63,842 nt of DNA from Podarcis bocagei (Eukaryota), in the NCBI GenBank assembly GCA_964188305.1, contig OZ076887.1, one strand, 5' to 3'. The notes beneath the pieces were generated by a model, which saw nothing but the letters and a program-made list of their open reading frames with translations, searched no databases and had not been told where the DNA came from. A program made the position numbers and the translations under genes. How positions within the stretch are numbered: position 1 is the first letter of the stretch; every line of letters begins with the position of its first letter. Shown one piece after another: positions 1 to 12,207 of the stretch.

Positions 1-153
1 TTGGGGGCATGCTCACTAGAAAAATCAGAGATGCCCCCAGTAGCAATAATCCTATTTGGGAGTCAAAGACAGAAGAATAAAATAATAATAATCAGCACAT
101 AGAACAAATTAGTTAGACTAAAATCAACTGGCTTAAAGACAGACTCAGAAGGT

Positions 154-264
154 GGTATTCAACTAAGTTGGAATCACAGTAAACCCATTGACATTAGTTG
201 ACCTAACTTAGTCATGTCCATTAATTTTAGTGTCCCTACTCTGAATAAAACTTAGTTGAATACC
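154..264. mobile_element. Short palindromic MITE (PIF/Harbinger-like, old)
   Basis: Perfect 16-bp inverted repeat GGTATTCAACTAAGTT (154-169) / AACTTAGTTGAATACC (249-264) with an internally self-complementary body. Superfamily assignment is inferred. Confidence 0.65.
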
Positions 265-469
265 TGCCATAAGTATCAGGAGATCATGTGCTAGCCTTGA
301 GAACCTGGTTTCAACACACTGCTGAACTAGCAACTCCCAAGAGCCTTAGCTGAATTCTTACCTACTCCAGTTTCTCATGTGCAAAATGGGACCAAATGAT
401 AAGTGGTCTAATAATCTTGACATGATTAATGATAATGTATTACTTTAGGTACAATTGAAATAAATAAGA

Positions 470-850
470 GTTGGCAGTCACTGCCAGCTTGGACCCTATC
501 AAAGTATTTGTCAAGTTAAGATTTCTCACTTTGCACTCATTTATATTGACACACATTTGTGATTTTAATGCCCAGTTTGGAGAAATAATTTTAGAGTTCT
601 TCACAACTCTCCCTTTTAATTTCCCTGAATAGTTTGGTGTCATCAGCAAACATGGCACCTCAGTGCAGAACGTTATATCAACAAATCCCAATACAGATCC
701 TTTAGAGGCACCACTTGTTACGTCCCCCACATTGTGAGAACTAGCTATTTATTCCTACTCTCTCTTTCCCTCTTTCCTGTTATTGAACTACTGATTCATA
801 AAATGATCTCTTCTCTTATCCCATGATTTCTAAATTTGCTCAGGGACTTT
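470..850 (-). mobile_element. Old degenerate CR1 LINE reverse-transcriptase fragment
   Basis: Minus strand reads FADDTKLFR (FADDTK at 633-650), VTSGASKGSVLG (cf. [13 protein letters not shown]) and WALKSQMCVNINECKV across frameshifts. These are collinear with the intact CR1 at 60-62 kb. Confidence 0.85.
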
Positions 851-3046
851 AGCCCTATATGGACATTCTAAAACAACTGGCCATAATCACATAGGTGGGA
901 AGAGCAAGGCTGAATGTGCTTGTCCCACTCTCAAATGCGCACCACCTTCTGTATTGCTTCTATCTGCCTGCTTGTTGACACTCTCAGTGAACTCTGAAAG
1001 CTTAGTGAGACCATACCTGCCTTTGCAGAAGCCAAGTTGTTTCTTCTTCAGCACCACTAAATATAGATGACAACTCATCAGGCTACATCACACCACTTCC
1101 CAAGGCTATCTCGTCCATCCTACACAGCTGCCTGATTCGTCTTGATATTAGTCTTAGCTTGGTGTCGCTTGTCTATTGCACCAGCACAAAGCTAATCCCG
1201 ATACACAAAGGAGAGACGCTGCAAGGCTGGTAGATTTGAGGCTAAGACTTAACCAATGATGTCCTTTATGAGAGGCCTCCAAAATTGCTGAGGTGGTTGG
1301 AGAGACTTCCCTGGTGGAGGCTGCCCTGCAAATAAAGCACATTTCTTTTGGTTAATGAGCTCTGTGTTTTACCCCTCTTCTTTTTGTCTTTTTAAATTTG
1401 CTTTCCACTTTCTCAGTTTACAATTCCCAGTGCTCTCTTGAGACACTGATGGCTTCCCTTGGCATATGGTTGCTGAGCTGGCCTCTGGCTGAGTTCTCCA
1501 CCCCAACCCTTGCATTGAGATCACTTTCAGTGCTTATGCTTGCTCCAAAAACGCTGGATAAACAAGATTACCCCCTTGACACACTTCCCCCTTTCTGCCA
1601 CTTTACAGCTGTGAATGGGCTTGGCTGCAGACCTTCCTTGGGGCAGAGGTTAGTCTGAAAAGCCTTGACAGAGCCCTCCCATTCACCCCTGTAGTTCATC
1701 TTCCTGGCTGAAATGAAGCTGGTGCAGTCAGGTGTTGCTGTGTTTGGGCTGTGCTGCTGAAAATCTGAAGAGAATGTCACAGCTGTTCAGTTCTGCTTGA
1801 ACAGAAGACATTGGGCTCACAGCCATGTGGGCATCATAGCAAGGCTATGTGCCACCTGCAAAAGCCACCTGATCATTGTGAGTTCCTCTTCTCTCCCTCC
1901 AACCCCCCCCCATCTCTTCTGCAGCTAACTGGCAATATTCCACCATTACTTTATTCATAAAGATTCAAGGTTAAAAGAAATCCATCAATGTTACGTATGT
2001 TACGTACAGAAGCTGAAGGTGAAGCTTTTTAAATACCAAGGATATTAAAAGAGAAATGACACCAAATAATGTCATACATGCACCTTGTAGCGTCTCCCTT
2101 ATGGGCCTGTCAAATTAAGTTCCGTTAGAAGCAGCAGTTATCTTGCACAGTTTTTTTTATTGTAGATTGTTTGTCACTCAGACACTTTGCCCTGATGAAA
2201 TACTATTCCCCAAACTAATGTTTTTTACTAGGAGAGAGGGGTTGAAATCATATCAGAGAAGTGCTATATGCTCCAGGATGACAGAAACAGTTATGATTAT
2301 GGCTTACGGCAGTTACCAAATTGCCCCAAAATGGACAGGGTGACTCCCTGTGAAAAGGAGATGTTTCACCCAAAGTTAATGGTTATACGAACTGGCAGCT
2401 TTCTGCAATTTAAAAGAAGTGTTTCTCAGAAGGTAGGTTTACCTAAAAACTGTAGGGATTGACAATAGATAAATGGCTGTTAGAAAATGTGAAAAGTGGC
2501 TTTTCTAAGCCAGGCTGGCAATTTTCCTGTTACTGCTGCCGCCCTTACACTGTGCTGGCTGTAAAATGACAAGAGCTTTCACTGAGATTAATTAAATCAA
2601 TCAAAATAATATTTGTTTTCTTGGCCATTTTATTGAGATCTCCAAATGGGCCTGCTGAGACCTCCCCCTCCCCAAGCAGTTGTTTGCTATTATGCTTAGG
2701 ACGTATCAGTGACTTCCAGTGCTAATAGCTTCCCTCCTGCTGGTTGCGTTATCAACAAAGGTTTTTGCACAGCCCGGATTGTCAGCGTTGAGGTACTTTA
2801 CTGCTTTTTCAGCACTGTTCCTTTGAAGACAGAACCGCATTTGGCATGTCAGAAGAACATATTAGAGAAAATCACTCTTCGCAGAGTTGTGTACAAAGTC
2901 CTTCGTTAACTGGCTCTAATCCAAGACAGTTCCTTGTTTCTGAAGGAGGGTGACCTGGCCCTCTCTGTATTTGTTATCCTTGGCTGCCTTGACTGTCTTT
3001 CATGAGAGCACTTGGAAGAATGGGGATGATGATTGCTATGATTACT

Positions 3047-3274
3047 AATTTATTTACTTACTGTATTTATATACCACCGTTATCTTCTAAGGATCTTAAG
3101 GTGGTATACATGGTTCTCTTCCTCCCCATTTCCTCCCCATTAACAACACTGTGAGGTACTGTAGGTTAGGCTGAGAGGTAGTGACAGGCCCAAAGTGAGC
3201 ATTATGGCTGAGCGAGGAGCCGAATGCTGCTCTCAGGTCCTAGTCCAACACTCTAACCATTACGCCACACTGGC
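3047..3274 (-). mobile_element. MIR/Ther1-derived squamate SINE (Squam3-type), older copy
   Basis: tRNA-like head (revcomp GCCAGTGTGGCGTAATGGTTAGAGTGTTGGACTAGGACC), core CTCTCAGCCTAACCTAC...CCTCACAG and a TAAA-type tail. Confidence 0.8.
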
Positions 3275-3317
3275 ACATGGTGATGCTGTCAGTTAAATTA
3301 AGTAATAGAGGAGATAA

Positions 3318-3420
3318 TGGCCGTAGCTCAGTAGCAGAGCACATGCTTTGTTCATCCTATGTTCATCGCTAGCATCTCAAGGTAGGATGGGGAAAAGACC
3401 TTCATTTGAAACCTGGGAGA
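3318..3420 (+). mobile_element. tRNA-derived SINE, 5' fragment
   Basis: GGCCGTAGCTCAGTAGCAGAGCAC A-box head. Same family as the copies at about 9.9, 15.0, 16.7 and 36.3 kb. Confidence 0.65.
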
Positions 3421-4699
3421 ACCTGAGGAAAATGTGCCGCACTGCCGCCTCCCTTACACGAGTTGTGTGGCGAGATCTAACCAAAATATCGTGAGGTCTC
3501 ATGCACTCTATGAGATCTCGTGAGAACTCCCCAGAAGCTGGTGGCAGAGCATGCCTACAGGAGAACCGCCTCTTGGGCTTCTGCTGCCTGAGGCGGCTTC
3601 CTCATCCTGTCATTTGGGTGGGCTGGCCCTGTTCCTGTGGGACCATCATTTCTGCAGCTTGTAGTTTAGCTCACTCCAGAGAAATCATGAGCTGTAGTCA
3701 AGGTTTGTTCTATGGTTTATCGTGCAGCGCAGCACAGCAACAGAAGGATAGGAGGAACAGAGCAGCCATGATCTCTTCCCTGAAAATCTGCTTGTCACAC
3801 AAAGGGTTAGTTTGGCTTGGTGTTATGTCTGGACACGGTGGGACTTTAATGGGCTATAGGAACTGCAGGTTGAAATAACAATAACAATAACAATGATAAT
3901 TTATTATTTATACCCCACCCATCTGGCTGGGTTTTCAAATAATTTCTTACATTAAGAGAATAAATTATAGCTTCCTGGTTAACATAGGAGAACACAGTTC
4001 AATCAGGCTTTTCAGCCTTGGACTCCTACTACCTTGTATCAGGGAGATTTTACCTGGTAAGATGATTGATTCCTCAGTCTTAACATTTGAATTACTTTCT
4101 TTCTTTTCTAAGTATCCTTGTGGTAAAAATCCTGCTATCAGTAGCAAATCTGGAATGGTTGCTGCTGCTGTAATTACCTTGATTTCCTTCCAAAGTTGCT
4201 TGTGATGTTGTAGCCCTGCTAAAGCAAAAGATTTTGCTCCCTCTCAGGTAAAATCTATCAAGTCTCTTAGAAATTACTTTTTAAAGATGATGTTTTACCT
4301 CTTGGAATCACAGAATTTAAGGCCCCGGGGATTGTCCGAGTTGCCACAGAATTCTGCTTAAAGGCAGTTGAAGCTGACTAGTGACTCTGAGGACAAAAGA
4401 GGGCTTACACTGTGAGGGAAGGTAACACAATTTCTGTAATAACATCAAATTATTTTTGGTTTATACTCAGCCCTGTAGCTGTGAGCCTTTGGGGGAATGT
4501 TTGCAGAGGCCTATGAGGAGACAAACAGAAATAATTGGGAAGAAAAGCAACCACGAGGCGTTTGGTGATATGGGAGATATACCAACAGCGAAAGTAGTTG
4601 TGACTTCCCTGAATTTTTCATTGTCTATCTACTGTATTGTTTTGGGAAAAGCTTCTCTCAGTACTTTACACAATTACCATCCATTGAATAATCAGCAGG

Positions 4700-5100
4700 A
4701 TCTACAATACAAAGGCACTCCTGGATCTAGCTCTGAACCTAGATGTCCCAATGGTGGTTATGGCCAAGAGTGCTTTTGCCCAGCTTAGGCTGTTGTGCTA
4801 GCTGTGCCTTTTCCCAAACAGATCTGGCCATGATGACACACACAATGTGCTGTATGTGGAGCTGCCTTTACAAAGTCTCTGGAAACTTCAGCCAGACTGT
4901 TGACATGAGCCAGTTATCAGCAACATGTGACTGCCATGCTGCAATATCACCACCAATATCCAGACCATTTCTGGGCCTAATTCAAAGTGCTACTTTCCCC
5001 TCGACAACCCTAAATGGCTTGAGACCTGAACATCACGAAGGATGCCCCTCCCCATACTCAACTTTAAAAATCTTCAGAGGTTTCTGCTTTGCATCCCAAT
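4700..5100 (+). mobile_element. Degenerate L2 LINE fragment
   Basis: GGCCAAGAGTGCTTTTGCCCAGCTTAGG encodes AKSAFAQLR, homologous to the L2 pieces at 22.2-22.7 kb and 62.4 kb. Many indels. Confidence 0.65.
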
Positions 5101-5416
5101 AATATTACTGATGCTACTATTGCTGCTACTATTATTATTACCTGCTGTTCACCAACAGGTCCCAAGGTGGGTTACAATAATTTAAAATTCAGAATTAAAA
5201 TACGAATCACAGCCACAAGAATATCTAAGATGCCTTTGGGTTGAGATTTGAAAGGATCTTTTCTGTAGTTGCTGTGGAACTTCCTTCTGAAGAGGTCTAC
5301 TTTCCTTCAGCTATATTTTTATTGATTTTTGCATGTAGTAGTTTTTATTTATCCACCAAAGACAGTCTTCACAAGGCACCTGCAGAAGAGCAGGTTGCTA
5401 CTTTTCTTTGCGACTA

Positions 5417-5657
5417 CAGTGGTACCTTGGTACTCAAATGGCTTGGCTCCCGAACAAATCGGCTGCTGAACACCGCAAACCCGGAAGTAAGTGTTCCAGT
5501 TTGTGAACGTTTTTTAGAAGCCAAATGTCTGACACAGCTTCCGATTGAGTGCAGGAAGTTCCTGCAGCCAATCGGAAGCTGTGCTCAGTTTTTGAACAGT
5601 TTTGGGAGTCGAACGGACTCCTGGAACGGATTAAGTTTGAGAACCAAGGTACCACTG
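5417..5657. mobile_element. Tc1/mariner (Tigger/pogo-like) MITE
   Basis: Terminal inverted repeat (TIR) CAGTGGTACCTTGGT(A/T)CTCAAA, 21/22 match, with TA on both sides (5415-16, 5658-59). Confidence 0.92.
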
Positions 5658-7791
5658 TAGTTTGTTTGGTTTCCGATTCTAGGTGCCTGAAGAAGAAAAT
5701 TTACACCAAGTCATCTTTGCAAATGGTCAATAGGCTTAATTTTGCATCAGGTGCTACAAAGTACTGAAAAGGTTATTGAAAGACTTCTTTCTCAACATTT
5801 TCTTGCCAGGTTTCACAACCAACACATGTGGTGGAAAGTTCTCCTGAGAGTTCTGAAGGGTAAGGTAGGGCAAAATGATATTTAATACATGCATACCTGT
5901 TTCTTCCAATGTCATTCCCTGGCCACAATGTGAGTTTAGAGGGAACGTCTCAGTTACAGTTTGTATGGCAAATTGTTCTCAGATTAGGTGATGTAGCTAT
6001 GTTCACATAGAATGGTTGGAGACTCATGGACAATTTACCAGGATGTCTTTATGAATCCTGAGGGGATCTGGAAACAATTGTTTCATCATTAAACTCACAG
6101 AAGTGTTTTGTGTGCATATGCTCCATCTGGGGCTAGTCGGGAGCTTAAAAGCCCTTCTGGATGTAATTGAAACTCTCAGGAATTCACTCCCCCCCCCCTC
6201 CTGACCCACCATGCAGTGTTTTCATGGGTGGAATCAATGAATGGTGGCACAAGTTAACATGATAAGTTAAGCACTGGTGTCTTAAAATTACATCTTGGAA
6301 GCCGATTGCTTAGAACAAGTCCAACATAATTTAGCCCAGAAGATGGAAAAGGATTAATAAGATGACTGCCTTACTAAACACGCTAGAGAAAAGGCTTTAG
6401 GGGGAAAGTAACTGAATAAAAGTACACTGAGATCGTTAGGAAACAAAACTTTATATAAAACAGAGTGTAAACAGATTAATAATGAATGCCTATTCTTCAA
6501 CGTTTTCCCCTCTCTCTGTTCAGTAGTTTTCTTATTCTAGCCATGCATGAACAGTTCCAAAGGATAACTCAGGGTGGAAAATAGAAAAATACCCAGTGAA
6601 TAGTTGCAATATAAAAAGGTTCAGCCAACTCTACCTCTGTGCAGGACTGGTTGCTTATGTACTGAGAAACCCTTTAGGTGAATTTGGCCAAGAACTGATA
6701 GTATGTTAATAATATCTATCAGTTGTCAGGGTTGTGGCATACACAGCTCAGCCGTCCAGAAGAAAAAGCAAGCAAGCAAGCAGTGAAGTTCTATAAGTAT
6801 GTTTTTAAAACTATTCACTGCATAAGATTATATTGTCCCATCAGTCTGTCCCCATTCTCATTTTACAAAAATATGTATTTTGGCAGGGCTTTTCATATTT
6901 AACTTGGCATATTTTGTGGGTTGCTCCCTTCCTTTGCTTATGTATGTGTGGCTCAGACCTTACCTCTGCATGTAGGGGTGTTGCGGAGTTTGGTGTTGCC
7001 AAGTCACCTCTGAGATGTCTCCACATTTTCATTGTGATATTGCTCCAGCAGGGCCACATTGAACTCTAATTGGTGGTCACTAATGTATGCCGTCTGTTAG
7101 GGAAGTGTCCTCAATGTGCTCTTTCCATGTTCTTTCCTGGCAGGCTGTTTTATGCAAAGTGCTCCCTCTTTGTGCAAAGTGCCTTTCTCTATATTTTCAG
7201 CCACTGGGTTTTCCCCTTGTGCGCTCTAAGTGTCTGTGACATGCAGCCAGTCTGATATAGCTCCAGGCTATATCACCCAGGGTTGGGTGGGTGTTCATAT
7301 GCAGAATTATGTCATATCCTGTCCTCTGTTGCATTGATATGCAGTATGGGGGATGAGTGGAATGGAAGATTCCCCCTCCCCCAGCTCTTTCATAAAGTTC
7401 AACCATCTTTGGGGACAAGTTTGATGTCTGAAGGCATAGGAATTGACATAGGTTTATGCCTCCCCTATCCTGACCGTCCATGCCAACACCCTATTTTAGG
7501 TTCTACATTGGTAGAGTTGTGTTAATGTAGCAGAGAACTGCACTGCACTGGCATATCTTTGCAGTTGTGCTGGCATATCTCAAGTGGCGCCAACATTCAT
7601 CGTGTCCCACTCGTGCATTGTGGGGCTTCTGCAATGTCCCATAGCCCCTTTAGCTGGTGTGCCTTAAGATGGTGATAATGAAGAAGGATTTGTTAGGATT
7701 TGTCAATAACAAATAGTCTCCAGGCAACTTGCAACTGATTTAAAAGCATAAAAAATATTTAAAGCAAGAACCATGAAATTCATAACATTAC

Positions 7792-8247
7792 TGTCAGGGA
7801 ACTGCCATCAGTACTGGAGGGGGAGAATGAAAGCCAGAGGGATTCCAGAGAGCGTCCAGGGATCGGGAGGAGCAGCCCATCTTCTGGGGAAGAGAATCAG
7901 CGTAGCACCAGGGGAGAAGGGGGGCAGCTGGGGGAAGTGGCGAGGCGGTCTCATGACTCCTTGCCTGGGACCAGCGGGGAGAGTAGGGGTCCTCCGTTGC
8001 CCACGCCCTCCCTGCGCAGAAGGCTTCTGTGCAGAGAGGGTAGGCGGTGACTAGGCGTCAAAGAACTTCTTTGCTGGAAGAAGTTTAAGAAACGCCCACT
8101 GACGGATTCTGCCAGTGATTGAGTCAGCCACGGGTGAGTGGCTGTTCGGACAGAAAAGGTTCACTTTGGCAACCCAGCCAGGTGTTTGCACCCAGCCGGG
8201 GAGATAGGCACCTGCTTATGCACGAGCAACCCCATAGAACCATTACA
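7792..8247. mobile_element. Solo LTR (456 bp; Gypsy- or ERV-type)
   Basis: Starts TGTCA and ends TTACA, flanked by a perfect 5-bp TSD ATTAC (7787-7791, 8248-8252). GC-richer than its flanks. Confidence 0.8.
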
Positions 8248-8425
8248 ATTACAAATCCATACCAACCTTCAATCCCCCACTGCAATATTATTAGCAGTTC
8301 AAAACATCATCTAAATAAAAAGAAGTCAGCCCATATTATACCACCCCCCCACAGGATTGCACCTTTTGTGTCATAGTGACTATTGAAATCAATACATATA
8401 TGAGCTGCTTGGATACATTCTGATT

Positions 8426-8554
8426 CAGGGAGGGGAACCTGTAGCCCTTCGATGGTTACTGGACTCTAACTCCCATGATCTCTGTATGTACTGGCAGGAG
8501 CTGATGGGAGATGACTCCGGCAGTATCTGGAGGGCCACAGCTTCCTCACCCGAA
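8426..8554. mobile_element. hAT-type palindromic MITE (~130 bp family)
   Basis: CAGGGAGGGGAACCTGT...CTCCCAT...ATGGGAG...ACAGCTTCCTCACCC hairpin architecture, shared with 17327-17456. Confidence 0.7.
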
Positions 8555-8828
8555 TGGGTAAATTGAGCTATTTCTTTTCTTACAGTGTGGATGGCCTGGG
8601 TAAAATGAATTCAAACTCGTCCAGTTGTTGCCCCAAATGTCTTGCAAGCCGCTCACCAGTTTGTCAAAGGGATCTTGGGAATGGCAAGTTGCAGAGGGTA
8701 TTTGGGAGTCCTTTATGAGACCAGAGACTGCTCTGGGTGATCAGAATCACTTTAGGATGATTTAAAACACTAAAAACCTAACCAGATTTCATGCTAAAAT
8801 TCAGGGCAACTGTGCTATGAGGAAAGGG

Positions 8829-8911
8829 AAAGGTAAAGGGACCCCTGACTGTTAGGTCCATTCGCAGACGACTCTGGGGTTGCGGCGCTCATCTCGCTTT
8901 ACTAGCGAGGT
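8829..8911 (-). mobile_element. Sauria SINE 3' fragment
   Basis: AAGGTAAAGGGACCCCTG...GGGGTTGCGGCGCTCATCTC, matching the 3' end of the full copy at 41.6 kb. Confidence 0.85.
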
Positions 8912-8939
8912 TACAGAACAGTATTTGAGGCTTTTGTGA

Positions 8940-9110
8940 TACTGTGTTCTACCTCCACTGTTGAAGGCAGTATACCACAAGGGGAGAGAGTTCTGTTGGG
9001 CTCAGGTTCTGCTTCCGGGTTTCCCATAAGTATCTGGTTGTGCACTGAGAGAACAGAATGCTGGATTAGGTGGGCAGTAGACAGATCTAGCAGGGCTCCT
9101 CTTTTGTCCT
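8940..9110 (+). mobile_element. CR1-type 3' UTR fragment
   Basis: CACTGAGAGAACAGAATGCTGGATTAGGTGGGC...GATCTAGCAGGGCTCCTCTT. Related copies at about 17.8, 48.3, 49.4, 53.7 and 56.3 kb. Confidence 0.6.
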
Positions 9111-9929
9111 AAGGCAACTACCATCGCTTCATTACCTTTCTTTGCAACCAGGTTGATATTAGCTCAGAAGAAAAGGTGGCCTTTGGGATTTAACTCAGGT
9201 TGATTTCTTACCTGTCGGAAGTGGCCAAATTATGGGAATGTAGCCCAATAGGAGATGGTTGTTGGTTCTCAAAGGCTTTCCTCTCAGTAGCAGGTACATT
9301 TATAATTCAATTGACTCTTTTTGGTACGCCTTCTTCTAATTTTGTTTTCCAGAGGAAAGATTAACTGTGGAAGTGAGAATTTGCCCCTTATAGGTTAAAA
9401 TAATGATTATACTTGACAAGAAAATAACTTGCTGCATGCAGCCTTGTTATTTTGTAAATTTATTTAATGGGCTTCATTTTTCCTACCTGACACATTTGCC
9501 TATTGAGGATATACCCAAGTTTAAATGCATTTTTTAATGGTTTAAGCAGTTTCTGATTCTTTACATAAACATGATGGAATGCACCGCTTTTCATCTGATT
9601 TTGGAAAATATGCATTAAGAGAGGAAAAAACAGCATTAGCAACCACAATGGGGAAAAAGTGCACCCGTGAAGAGAGGTTTTCCCACTTCTTACGTGCCTT
9701 TGGCCTTCATTATTTTTATTACTGTTTTGCTAATAATAACCATAACAAACCTGGATGACCAGAGGTGCAGTGCCAAGACTAGAATGTTGACAGTGCAGAT
9801 CAACTAGGACTAGGATGGGGTAATCAGTGTGTGAGAAATCCTGAGAGAAGGTTCATAGGTGAGCCTAGTAAGGCAAGGGGAATCACCCATACTACCTCCT
9901 TTTACATTAAGGAAAAGGACCACATTTCA

Positions 9930-10230
9930 GGGGTTGAGTATATGCATTGCATATAAAAGATTCCAGCTTCATTTCCTTGCATCTGCTATTAAAAGATTCA
10001 GGCAGTAGGTCATGAGGAAGTTATTATTGAGACAGCAGAGCAGGGATTAGGAACCTGTGGTCCTCCAGATGTTATTGAACTACAGCTCTGAACATTGGAT
10101 TTGCTGGAGAAGGTTGGAATTGGAACCCGACAACATCTGGAAGGCTACAGTGCACCACCCTAGGAAACTGCTGCCAGACAATATGGGCTAAATGGGCAAA
10201 TATATCTGACCTGATATAAGGTGGCTTCCA
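9930..10230 (+). mobile_element. tRNA-derived SINE interrupted by a hAT-type MITE (~10041-10161)
   Basis: The SINE head and tail (TCTGACCTGATATAAGGTGGCTTCC) are separated by the CAGGGATTAGGAACCTGTGG...CATCTGGAAGGCTACAG palindrome. Confidence 0.6.
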
Positions 10231-12130
10231 ATCTAGAGGACCCAATCCCTTAAGGGAGCCAGGGACTATTAGGTTGCACTGAATGTAAATAATGTTGTAC
10301 AGTTTGGGTCACATATTATGCAGTGACCTAAGTATTTTAGTCTAATCTCTCACTCATTTCCTTTATGCACCTAAAATATTGTGATACTGCCTTTTCATAA
10401 CTCCAGGCAGCCAACAAAGTGGGGTGGATGGGTATCAAAATAATAGAAGCCAATAATCATATCTGAAACAGCTAAATTCATAACAATGAAAATTAGGCAG
10501 ACAGAAAAACAGAATAATAACTATCCACTCAATCTCCACAGTTGAATGCCCTCAAGAGTAAACATGTCTTATGTCCTTTCCAGAAGCAGATGAGAGGCAT
10601 AAACTCCAATTGTTCCTATTTTAAAAAGACAGTCTCTATTTTCTGTTTGTTCTTAAGTAATCATTGCCCCTACTTTTGTATCCAATTTTGCCTTTTCAGG
10701 ATGCCTTGTTAAGAGTTTGTTAGTGTGAACTGTTACAAGGGTTGTTCGTCAGGATTCAGCTGCCTCTGGCCGATGCCTCAAAGTTAAATCTCTGACGAGG
10801 TGGGTGGTTGTGGATATCTCTTATCTCATACACATTAATGCACACACATGAACCCAAATATTCCATGCAGTGCACAACACCCTAATTCACATAGTGGTGA
10901 CTCTTACTTGAACAGTCATATAACAGTTTGTAGGGCAAGTTTTTGTGAGCTTGATGCCTTCGATAGGCCGGGGCAGGAACTCCTTCAGGATGCAAGCTGC
11001 CCTTAGTCTTGAGGCTGAAGTCCTTGGCCTGGTTTCCCCAGCACCTTTCAGCTAGAAAGTGGGCTGGAGTATCATATCACCCGGCTCTTAGTTCAAGCAA
11101 ACAAGCTGCAAGGCAAATATACAGCACCAGTCTTCCAAAAAAGATGGAAGCAGCTTTAACAAACCGAACAAATTACTTTCTTCCCATTTTGATATCATTT
11201 GACATCTGCTTGCCATACAAATATTGCTTTTCAGCATATACATCCTGAGTGTCAAAGCAATAAATGGAATAAACTTGTAAATCATTTTGTTGGATAAAAT
11301 GGGCGCTTCCTTTGAATCTCGCTTTTGATGCTATAAAACTGCATCTGTGTGCGTGTGCGTGTGCGCGCGCACACACACTGGTTAATTCAAACAAGAGAGT
11401 AGTAGAAAGAGCTTATGCATGGCTGAGCTTCTCTATTTTCAATTGAGTTTATCAAGTAAAAATGACTTTGGCTCACATATACTTAAACCCTACACATCTT
11501 GGTCACAATCTAGAGGTGCTTGAGGAGGTGTGAGATGGGCATACGGACCAAAACCATGTAGTCATTTCCAGCTTGACGCAGAAGCAAAAAAATGGCATAC
11601 GTCGTTTTATTATTTGTGCCCCAGAGCTTTCTTCCGTCATTTTCTTCAATGTGTATCCTAATGCTGTCAGGGAGGAATAGGGCCCTGCCTGATTCTGTAC
11701 TCCCTGCTGACCTTGATCTCATGAATGTTTTAAAGGACTGCAATTCATATTTTATTGTTTTATTTGCTTGTCTTACGGTGAGTTTATTGTTTCCACATGT
11801 TGTGTGTAAACTGCCTTGGCAGCACTTGTTCCACAAAGGCAAGACAGAGATTTTTGCAACTGGTGGTGATGATGATGATGATGATGATGATAATCACTAA
11901 AAGCAAGTTGCAAAAAGGAAAAAAAGAAACATTTTTTTAAATGGCTGTTGGATCAAATTGCACTTGCTTGGCAGCGCATGGACAAAAATAATTTTAGCTA
12001 GGATTTCAGCGGTTGTTTTGGATCCTATCTTATCCTAGGGTTAGAAAAGGATAATAAATCAATTACTTGAAGGAACTATAATAATTTAGTACTGTATTGC
12101 CTAAGAAACAAACACCGACCTTCAGATTTA

Positions 12131-12134
<4 letters not shown>

Positions 12135-12207
<73 letters not shown>
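12135..12207. repeat. Compound (CT)n(CA)n microsatellite
   Basis: Directly visible. Confidence 0.98.

Noticed and set aside
3318-3370. tRNA gene
   Set aside because: Only an A-box-like head with no cloverleaf. It continues into SINE body sequence found repeatedly in the window.
11664-11711. Possible pre-miRNA hairpin (GTCAGGGAG...CTCCCTGCTGAC)
   Set aside because: The stem is too short and irregular, and I recognise no mature miRNA.
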